The notes under the pieces were generated by a model that made no database searches, was not told where the DNA came from, and was given only the letters and a program-made list of their open reading frames with translations. A DNA stretch of 59,169 nt, the filler included, from Sphacelaria rigidula (taxonomy: Eukaryota), in assembly GCA_964200075.2 (NCBI GenBank). It is 6 parts of 6 records of this genome, joined end to end, with 100 filler letters (N's around TTAATTAATTAA, not from the genome) between each part and the next. Parts side by side here need not be neighbours in the genome. Positions count along the whole stretch, not along the records: positions 49,392 to 59,169 come from CAXNAA020007786.1; 5 more parts are not named here. The stretch is one strand, 5' to 3'. The position numbers and the translations under genes were made by a program. Numbering within the stretch: position 1 is the stretch's first letter; every line of letters starts with the position of its first letter. Below are positions 49,392 to 59,169 of this stretch, piece by piece.

Positions 49392-51542
49392 AATCCTCCG
49401 GGTTCTCATCCTCAATCAAAAGCACCATCCTCAACATAGATGATTGGCTGTTTGAAGAAAACTTGCGGTATTGATGAGTGTACCACTTCCGCTTGAATGC
49501 GAGTGCAACATTTTAATCTCTTATCGAATATTTTCAAGTTTAAATCGCTCAACGCATAGGCATGGTCGAATACAATAAAGAGACGACCCATCTGTCCGAA
49601 CATGAAGATCTACCCCTGTTTGTACCACCGTGCCTCGGAAGAACTGCATTAGCATCCCTGTTGTCGACCGTTTATCAAGAAGAATAAACCACACCAGTAC
49701 GAACTCGCAAGCTTGGATACTTCCAGTGCAGCGTTCTTCACGTATAGTATGGTACGGTAGAGTGTATTTCTCGAATGTCGTGATGACTGGAGTAAAAACA
49801 GTGTTTACTGTGCATTCATTTGTGATTTTACTTTGTCCCAAGAGTGTTACACACGTATCTGTTTGTGTTGTGTTGAGAATTTCCCGCCCCCCCTTCCTTC
49901 CGTTGAATCAGTTTCGATCGAACAAATTTGGGTAGATCTATCACATGAACGATACCTGCTCCCACCTGACCATCACAGACCAGCAATTTCCCGCGACCAA
50001 GCACCCGGTGCACGAGGCTTTTTATTACCCATGATGCAGCATTTCGGCACGCGAAAACAGCGCATGCACAGAGTCGATTTGTACTACAAGCATTCGATCG
50101 GGTATACCTTGGACAGAATCATTCGTATTCCTCCCCGACGTTATGATCCAGTCTTGATGTCCGATCCTGGAGCGTAAATGTACACGATCAAGTGTAGCAA
50201 GAGGTATACAGGCGAGGTACTACGGTCGCCAGCAGTATAGCAACACGGCTGCGTATCTCTCCTCGTACAGCGCCGGCGCCCTGCATACACTAGGGAGGCT
50301 TTGCGGGAGGTTGGCTGCCGTCCCATTCGAACGCGGCAGTGCTCGTCGAAGTCGACACTCTCTAGTCAACACTAGTATGGATCGTGTCACGTGGGCTGTA
50401 ATAGAAAGCCTCATGCACCGGGTGCGTTGTCGGGGGAAGTTGTAGGCCTGTCGTGGCCAGTTGAGACCAGATATCTTTTATATAATCAGTGTACCCATAT
50501 TTTCCTACTCTCATATATCACACATATGCTGAAACCACCATCGAATTAGATCCGACACATAATGCCGCACACCAACTCACGGAACACATACCTAAACCAC
50601 TGAATGAAGTGGGGTACTGATGCCTGGGAAAAACGCTCATACAAAATGACATGTCATAATCCCAGATTTTCGGCACGCAAAAAGGCGTGTGCCGCCCCAG
50701 CAGATATGCACTGCAACCACTACACAGGGTGTACCTTAAATAACAGAATGATCTCTTATTCGTATTTCCCCTGCACGTCATGATCCAATCTCCATATCTA
50801 TTTCCTTCGTATCCAGGCAGATCCTGGAGCGGAAGTATAATCGATTAGGCTGGTCACAAGACGAAAATGGTGTGACTTGTTGATTACATCCGATTATTTT
50901 CTACCGTACAAGTTGTTCGATGACGACAACGGCCATGGTTTACGTCATGCCCGACGCATCATCCGGCGCGCCCGTAGGCGACGGTTTAGTCCGGAGAAAC
51001 GACAACGTCTCGTCATACGCCATACAACGCATCATGTGCACACTCGGGGACTACTGCGACGGGGTTCGGAGAGAGTTCATGACGATCCCTCATCGAACAC
51101 ATTTCGTCGGTTATGATCTCACAAGTTGCACCGTGACGGCAATTCCAGTATCTTACGTTACACAAGCTACCATCTACACTAGCGACCACCACCCGTGCAG
51201 TAAAAGTATGTCTTCCTATTCACACATATGTACACTTGGAGAACTCTCTACCGAAAGGCAGGGCAACACCATCCCGAAACATATTCCCGACCAAATCTCT
51301 TCAGGTTGGGGCCAACATGCAACACCGAATTCTCGTCTCCCGGACGTGACGTGTACCGTCACCCAAGCCCGCCGGTCAGGGACAAACATCTACCCTCGCC
51401 CATGAAGCACTAGAACCCGGGGAAACGTACAGGGGAGCCTCCAGAGCAATCAAACCGTGAGCGCTTGCCGAAGGGGTCGACCTTCCTAGGGAAACCTACT
51501 GCCGTACTACTGCTCGAAGTGAAGAGAGTTATTCGGGACAGT

Positions 51543-54021
51543 TCATGACCCCGTGTTCTTGGTCGCTGGCGACGGCATTGGCGTCGGACTCGGCGCCGAG
51601 GTTGGTGCTGGCGTAGGATCCGCGTTGAAAATAAGCACCTGAACAGCACAAATGCTCGGGTTACTGCAGATAACGGCGAAACTCTCCGGCGGGTTCCACA
51701 AGGGGGCGAAAGTGCCAAATCTGACCGGGGTGCGACCGGCGACAACGCCGTTGACGACCGCGACCACGAAGGGATTCGTTTCGGCAACCCGCAAAGCCCG
51801 GCGGAAGATCGTCACGTCAACGATCTGCACCCTCACCTGCGATCCGTGGACAACAACAGCGTTCGGATCAATGGCAAGTCGTGAGCGGTCGGGAAGCAGT
51901 CGGGGTTTGTATCATCTTCCCTCCTCACCACTCCGTCGGGCGTGCTCGACACAGGGGTCACCCCATCATAGTTCATACAAGGCAGTTCGACAGCTACGCC
52001 TATCCCCAATCGCCAACTATGCGCAGGAACAAGCACAGCCCCTCACCGTGTCCTGCTCTTCGGGAACGGGGTCATGTTGTGCGTCTTGACATCAAGATTA
52101 TTACAAAAGAAGTCGACACCGCGGCGTACCATGCGACGCACCACGTCCACGACGAGGACATCGGCGACAGGAATACCAGACGCTGTGGACACCTCCCCGC
52201 CAAGATGGCCTCGACCCATGCCCGAAGGCTACAGTATGTGCTTCGGTGGAGCGGGACACGACATCGAAGTATCTCACTTGTGTGGTGAGCCCTAGGTGGG
52301 CAATACGTTTCTCACATTAATTCCTCCTCCCAGCTGAAGACCGCGGGACGCCTCACTCTCCGCCGACATGGCGGCTCGCTCTCCTTCGATCGTTTCCGTC
52401 AGTCTCCGATTCGAGAACACCACGAATATGATCTGTCCAACCACCGTTCCATTCACGTCGACAAGGACGAGAACAATTCTCCGGCCGACTACCAGATCTA
52501 TGATCTGAATAATTCCGCCGCCAATCGCGAGGCCGGGAATTCCTACCGTGCGAATGGATATGCGCAAGGACAACAGGGTCGACGCAGATCAAGCGAGGTT
52601 TTTTCTTCACCGGGGCAGATGTGTGAAACGAGCACGCGCACCGACTTGGCGGTGCCTCAACTACTGCACCCCTGACCGGCTGAGCAGAAGGAAGTCGGCT
52701 GACACGGAGGCATCTCGCGGGAGGAATCTCACCCAGGCCGAGTTGACGATCGAGGGTGACGTTGCACAGTTTTCTCTGGCACCCCTGCGAATTTCACGCT
52801 GGTCTTCACAACACGTGGCAACACCATGGGACCCTTAATTCGGCACTCATCTCACCAGGGATCGGAAAGATGATGGCCAGCACTGGGGCTGGCGTTGGCT
52901 GCGGTGTCGCAGTCGGCGCCGGCGTCGCTGTCGGCGCCACCGTAGCGGTTGGTGCCGGTGTGGCGGTCGGGGTCGCTGTCGGTGCCGGAGTAAACTTCCG
53001 GCTTCCTGCAAGCGAAATGAACGTAGTACCCATGCACGAAGCGGTACCACCATGGCGCAAGGTCGAAGTGGGTGCAACGAACGCGGGTCAGACGACCCCA
53101 GGGATTTCGGTGTGATTCTACAGCGGCAGGGATGGTACAGGTTAGTCGACCTACCGCTGCTTTTCGGCATCTTCGACACTGTCGGGCGCTCGTCTCGTCT
53201 CTACACGCGCCGCTACGGCATGGCTCACAGGATATTGACCCTGTACGCGGTGCACTCACCACGGAATCTCCGCCCTCTGCGCCCGCGACGACGTCTCCTG
53301 CCTCCTCTTCTCCTCCTCCTCCTGCCCCTACCCCTCCTGCGGCGTCTTCTTTTGAGGCTCCTGGGATACTCCTCACCTGGAGGTGCGGTGTAACAACCAA
53401 GGCGGAGCCGGGTGACCTCAGCGAGGGACACAGTACGGGTGGCCCTCGTCAGCGGCAGCACCCACATTGGGTAGGTTTTTTGACCACGCCAGGTGCAGGG
53501 CTGCCCCACCGATACCCGTCTACAAGGGCAACGACTAGATTTTCCATCGAAACTCCTCACCCTCCCGAGCGCTCACCTTGCCCTGATGCGCGTGTGACGG
53601 AGCCTCCGGCAACAGACGTCGGAGCCAAGTCTGTCGGTCTCCCTTCTTCCCGCAGTGCCACCGCCTCAGCCATTGGTCCTGACGCGAAAGTTCGAAAACA
53701 CGGTGGTTCGGGCGATGAGACCCCCTCGGCCATGCGGCGGCAGAACCACACGACATACCCGAAGACCACAACGAACGCGCCAGAGGAGTCAACGCCGCAC
53801 AGTTCTACACCAAACAAGCGCCGGGATCAACGTCCAAGATCTGTCGTAGACATCCGACTCATGTGTACCGTTTCCGATCCGCCAACGTCAGCAGTAGGCG
53901 GAAGGCCGTGATATTCGCAACAAAAGGTGTGCCACCTACCTGCTGCAGCTGAACGTGCGAAGAGAGCCAAGCAGAAGATGATCCCAATCACGCATCCGAA
54001 CAGCTTCTTCGTCGACAACAT
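51543..54021 (-). CDS. 289-aa secreted protein: signal peptide, poly-Arg/Gly tract, Pro/Thr stalk, apparently circularly permuted C2-like domain (complete)
   Basis: Five GT-AG exons 54021-53940, 53376-53260, 53005-52856, 52542-52316, 51836-51543. Intron phases 1,1,1,0 are all compatible (870 nt). MLSTKKLFGCVIGIIFCLALFARSAAA-GEEYPRSLKRRRRRRGRGRRRRRRGGRRRRRGRRGRRFR-GSRKFTPAPTATP...PVLAIIFPIP-GIPGLAIGGGIIQIIDLVVGRRIVLVLVDVNGTVVGQIIFVVFSNRRL...RGLQLGGGIN-VRVQIVDV...ETNPFVVAVVNGVVAGRTPVRFGTFAPLWNPPESFAV...VQVLIFNADPTPAPT...GS*. Confidence 0.82.
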
Positions 54022-54695
54022 CCTGTCCACCCGGTGGATCCCCTACGAGACGATCGCTCCCTGTGGGTCAATCAATACCAACAGGGTGGGTAAACTCTGG
54101 GGTTGAAGTCAACAGCACGGTCCTTGCAGGTACAAACTAAACTGAAAGGTGTAAAAAATCGTATATCCCGGTGTGTTCAAGCTACGATGCGGTGGAGAAA
54201 GCACGCGGTACTCCCACGCATCACAGGCTCAACACTCACTATTGATCTGCAAAACTCGACCTATACATCGGGTGGGGGTCAGATCCTCCGCCACCTACTC
54301 CGAGATGACTCGAACGGGTCGACATATGACGCCAGTACCGCTCCCGCACGTTCCGAGCTCAATTCTCAGGCCAAGCACCTTTTAAGGGGAGGTCTCCATT
54401 GATTCCGCAAAGACACAGTACCTGTCCTGTTCCGCCGCGCGACAAGTCACACCTGATACCCCTCACCACTTTCTTCGGAAAATGGACACGTGAACATAAC
54501 TCCTTCGTAGACTCAAACGAAACAGGATATGTGTCTTCTTTCGCGTCAACAGACTCTCAACTGAAGGAATGGCGTTCATGTAGTCCATGCCATGAGCGGA
54601 CAGAGGCGGTCGCCAAGCAAAAACCTGCGAAGACCGGGGACTTGGCTGCGCGTGAAGTCACACTAAAAATCACTCCTGTCGAGGATGCAGAACAT

Positions 54696-54738
<43 letters not shown>
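54696..54738. repeat. (CA)n microsatellite
   Basis: About 19 uninterrupted CA units from 54701. Confidence 0.97.
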
Positions 54739-54739
<1 letters not shown>

Positions 54740-55469
54740 CGCGTGGCAGGACAGCACTAACTCTGCACTCTCACCGTCACGAGTATCCCCAATAGTGCTG
54801 TAGTCCAGGGGTAAATCGAACGACCGGGCGATGGACACTTGTAATGGGGATGGCGAGGGAGGGGGGGAGGGGGGGGGAAGGGCGGCTACGACAACAAACG
54901 ATAGCGTGACGGCCCGTGTACCATTCTCCTGCGAGCACCTGTCCTCTCACCTGCCGAACGACTTCCGCCTGAAGAAACCATTGGTACATGTTCCCCATCC
55001 CCCCTTTACACCCCACGGATCAAAGGTACATGTTTCCCACAGCTTCATGCGGCCTAAATCATACGCAGATTATATCCTAGTTCTGCCCTAATTGTGCATC
55101 AGCGCCGAGATTGGAACGATCGAGGACCTGGCAGTCTCATACCATCCACAGCGCACGTACAACGAGTTCCCGGTAAAATGTTCGCCTCAGGTCCCGATTT
55201 GAGCCCCCAAAGCGCATCTCCTTTCTTCTAGGACACATCATTCACATGTTTCCCGCTCCCGACCAAATGCGGTGCATGTATTGTATGCAGTCGGACGCCG
55301 TAGCGGAACTCGGGCTACAATACGACGCTGAAAAAGCCAAAATTACAGCGTTCAACTTCGCATCTACGTTCATTGCAGAGAGCGCACAGGTCAATCCGGG
55401 TGGGCCCGAGCATCACGGTCTGTCTAGCAAGCACGGAGACACTGTGGGCGCTGCACCCTGCTTGGGTGT

Positions 55470-56748
55470 TGTAATGCATGAGCGGACCGCGTGCTCAGGG
55501 GATCGCATGGTTGTTCGAAACACCTCAGGATCGGCCTTTTTCAAAACAAATCGGCTTAGTCCCTGCAAGGACCACACCTCTGACGCTAACCCCAACACTG
55601 ACCGTAACCCCAGTACTATTCCTAACCCTAACCACAAGGATGTTCAAATTCCGATGCGATCACCTACGGTCCTCTCATGCATTACAGGCATTCCGGACCT
55701 TGGGAGCCGTCACAGAACAAACCAGGCACTGGGGGAATCCTAGAAATCGCCGGGACCAATTTGTATTCGAAACAAAAAAGGAAGCGTGCACACATGCACA
55801 CTGGCCCAAAAAAACTCGCAAATCGCAGGTGAAAAGAGCAAAACGTGAAACCACTGCACACCATACGCACACTATGTTACGGTGTAGTAGTGCACCATGC
55901 CGACATTGCAGTCGTCTCAGCGAACCCTACATCCATACACAGTGAATATATTATATACACTACAATAGCGAAGGGGAGCCCGTTTTTGCCCCGAGCTTGA
56001 CTGATGACTACGACCCGTATTTCGCCCAGTATCGTCAAACACCAAATTTCGTTCCGAGCCCTGCACATCAGTATTTCGGCTGTCGTGAGTCTCTCGACGA
56101 CGCCGTCTTGTTTCATGCCATGGACTGTCTTATCCAAACCAACACATCGTCAGGTTGCCGTGAACAAGCCAAACTATGATATTGAAGCGAGCACCATTGA
56201 GACTACATACCTCATACGCATTCAGTAGTTCGCAGCTGAAATACGAGATCGTGTGTGATGCTTGAGAGGACCGCGTGCGTAGAGGACCGCATCGGAATTT
56301 GAATATCCCAATGGTTAGGGTTGGGGTTAGAGTTAGGGTTAGTGGTGGGGTTAGTGGTGGGGTTAGGGTCAGGGGCGTGGTAACTGCAGGGACTGGCCCG
56401 ATTTATTTTGAAAAACGTTGATCCTGAGGTATTTTGAACAACGGCGCGGTCCTCTAAGCACGCGGTCCTCTTACGCATTACAATGCCGACCAAAACGTAC
56501 CTGCGCTGCAGAAAATTCGAGCGCTGACCGTCCAACCATTGTAATGCGTGAGAGGACCGCGTGCTTCGAGGACCGCATCGGAATTTGAACACCCCTAGGG
56601 TTTGGGTTAGGGTTAGGGTTGGTGTTGGGGTTAGGGTCAGGGGCGTGGTACCTGCAGGGACTGGCCCCATTGGTTTTGAAAAACGTCGATCCTGAGGTGT
56701 TTTGAACTACGGCACGGTCGTCTAGGCACGCGGTTCTCTCACGCATTA
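55470..56748. mobile_element. Cluster of three ~210-230-nt TIR elements carrying telomere-like repeats
   Basis: Copies at 55470-55686 (+), 56254-56482 (-) and 56540-56748 (-). TIR TGTAATGC.TGAG.GGACCG. Internal degenerate (CCCTAA/TTAGGG)n. Confidence 0.85.
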
Positions 56749-56863
56749 AGAGAGGGGTGTGCCAGATCAAGAAAACCTCTCTTAAACCCGACCTTCTACT
56801 GAATCGGTTCAAGAGAGGTTTTCTACTAAACCGAACAGTCGGTTCAAGAGAAAACCTCTCTTC

Positions 56864-57322
56864 GACTCACTTTCATGGCAACGAATCCCGATTTTTACAA
56901 ATAGGAGGATTTCAGCCCGTCTACCAGTGATTTTCTCCCGTGGATTAATTTTTCGGACCCCAGTCCGTTGGGCAATGTTTTTCGGCTAGCTGTGAGCAAA
57001 CCAGATCAATTCTCCGATATCCAGGGCGTTGACTTTCGATATATCACCGCTCTGCTGAACTCGGGACACCCCCGCATCTCCCCCGATTTTTTTGAAAAAT
57101 CGGGGAGATGCGGGATTGCCCCGATTTGGGCCGAAATGTGATAAACCAAAAGTCAACGTCCATAGAATCGGAGAAATGATATGGTTTGCTCACAGCTACC
57201 TAAAAAAATATTGTCCAATGGACTGGGGTCTGAAAAATCAATCCATGGGAAAAAATCGCCTGTAGATGGGCTGAAATCCTTATATTTGTAAAAATCGGGA
57301 CTCGTTGCCATAAAAGTGGGTC
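56864..57322. repeat. ~460-nt palindrome (foldback/MITE-like)
   Basis: Centre CCCGCATCTCCCCCGATTTTT-TTG-AAAAATCGGGGAGATGCGGG at about 57092. Arms pair out to ATGGCAACGA / TCGTTGCCAT. A half copy lies at 2464-2680. Confidence 0.9.
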
Positions 57323-58079
57323 TTAAACCGAATTATTATAATTATAAGTAGTATTATTATTTCCGCACAATATCCGATCTCGCGAACCCGTGGTCACAGA
57401 CGTAGGCTCGCCTTTCCAATACCGTCCCTGCTATTATTCCTTACCAGACACATTACCAAAATATAGAAAATAAATAAATAAGAAGAGCGACGCCACGAAA
57501 ACCGGTGAGAAGTAGCTCCCCGAGTTCAACGGAGAGAGCAAAGAAAGAAAAACAAAACAAACGAACAAACAAACAACATTGGGCCGTGCAAATATGTTTT
57601 CATCCCTATCCCCTCTCCCAACCCCCCGTATATCTCCAGGTGTTCTTCCTCGTCTATTTCGCGTCGATCTCATACCCTGCGTGTTCACTATGGACAGTAT
57701 TTCGTCTTGGTTTCCTCCTACCTCCTTTCATGCTTTCTCGACTTTTCTATCCAACTTTATTCCAGCCTGCCATCTCGTACTTTTCTTCCACACAGCCTTA
57801 TATCAACTATAGCTGTTTGCTTCAGACCAAGGTTTCGGAGAGAAGGAGGGGGGGGGGGGGGGGCGTACTCATTCGTTGCTTGCCGTAGTTGTTTGACTAT
57901 TCACCACGCATCCCTTTCGAGACGGAGCACCGTTCCTACTCCTAACAGAGACACCTCCAACATTTGAGTGCTCATTACATTTCTTCCATGCATTACACAA
58001 AAACCGTTTTCATATCTTATCCCCGTCCTGTTTCACCGTCTGTGGCCACCATATATCTCCTAGTATAGCCATCGTTAGC

Positions 58080-58503
58080 AGGGGGGAGGGGGAGGAACCC
58101 AGATACATAGCAGCACATGAGCAGGGGATAAAGCGGCACCCCCCTTTCAGGATAGGGGTGGGTGCTACACTCCTCCCCCCGTCATCCCTAGTGAAGGGCA
58201 AGGCGTGCCACTCTGTGAATCATTTTCATCTTGGACTTTTTGCGGGTCGTTCCTGCTGCTGTCTCGCCAGCTGTGGTGGCTCTCCCGGTCGGCGGCTCTC
58301 CTTGTGACGTGGGTGAGATTGACGGAGGTGTTGGTATGGTCACGTCTGCCCGGACTCCTCCACCCTTTTGTCGATCCGTAGGTTGGTATCATTCCTTTTC
58401 CTCGGCACACTTTGGGCCCTCACCATCCCTCGGGACGAGTCCGTGTTATCCAGAAATCGACCCATCTCTCTCCCGGTACACGCCTTGATTGATTGATTGA
58501 TTG
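58080..58503 (+). mobile_element. Possible non-LTR retroelement 3' end with (TTGA)n tail
   Basis: Ends in TTGATTGATTGATTGATTG. The CCTCGGGA(C/T)GAGTCCGTG motif is shared with about 49259-49277. A reverse-complement tail (CAAT)n occurs at about 10258-10273. The 5' boundary is a guess. Confidence 0.4.
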
Positions 58504-58856
58504 TCGCACTTTAGCTGACCCCCCAGGAGTCATGATCCAGCCGTGGTCTCATGATGGACGTACGTACCCAAGGAAAAAGAAACTGAAACACGCTTTGAAG
58601 GAAATAAGTGACAGAGAAAAAAAAAATCATTTTGGATATCGCGGTTTGGATCAGCACTCCCATGCACATCGCGTCGGCTTTGAAATAAACTCCTGTGCTG
58701 CCATTCACGTTTCATGTTTTCAACGACAGAAATCAGAAACTCCTAAGGGAAAAGCATGAGAGTCTATTTGCCGGAAATCAAACCCGTATTTTCCCGATCC
58801 GAAGCCTTTCAGTTGTACCCTAAGACCAGCTTGGCTCGGCGGCGTTGGTAGGATAC

Positions 58857-58985
58857 CACACCGTGGGCAATAAATTATATTGTCAAAAAATGTACTGCGT
58901 ACAGTATGGAATTATTGTCTCTTGCAATAGGCGCAATAGTCGATACTGTACGCGGCACACTGTGTATTCTGTTGTCCAGGGTATG
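58857..58985. mobile_element. MITE, CACACCCTGGACAA-TIR family
   Basis: TIRs CACACCGTGGGCAA / TTGTCCAGGGTATG. Perfect 8-bp TSD TAGGATAC. Confidence 0.82.
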
Positions 58986-59169
58986 TAGGATACCGTAAAA
59001 CCCGCGGTTTTCGCACTCTTCACGGTCGTGGCGTACCCCCCCCCCCCCCTTGATATCCCATGGTCCAGCTGTCGCGAACGAATTTTCGAGGTCTCACAAG
59101 ACCCCCCCCCCCGGTTGGCGATGACGCTGTAAAACACGTGACTCACTGCGTAAGCTAGGCAACCAGGTT

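Noticed and set aside
53072-53911. 279-aa plus-strand Pro/Ser/Thr-rich ORF
   Set aside because: It is the antisense shadow of the minus-strand gene's purine-rich exon 2 and its introns. The splice signals support the minus strand.

Overview
Eukaryotic, intron-rich DNA, most likely from a brown alga or another heterokont (ASAF-type plastid presequence, GT-AG introns, TTAGGG-type repeats, many MITEs). The window is not one locus. It is six pieces of 9779/9778 nt joined by five identical 100-nt N44-TTAATTAATTAA-N44 linkers, so nothing should be read across the linkers. By hand-splicing I support eight genes. Partial: a coiled-coil protein (-), a TSP1/transmembrane protein (+), a KCTD-type BTB/POZ protein (+), the N-terminus of adenylate kinase (-), FKBP12 missing its last exon (+), and a GT8-like glycosyltransferase 3' half (+). 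Complete: a 121-aa plastid-targeted basic protein (+) and a 289-aa secreted protein (-). Repeats include a decayed Ty1/copia element with a nested TTAA-type insertion, a LINE remnant, a probable LTR, tRNA-like SINE heads, several MITE families with TSDs and long palindromes. The best novelty candidate is the five-exon gene at 51543-54021 (-). It encodes a signal peptide, RSL, a protamine-like Arg tract, a Pro/Thr stalk, and an apparently circularly permuted C2 domain whose halves are joined by an acidic linker bracketed by RxL motifs. All gene models are manual and lack transcript or database confirmation.
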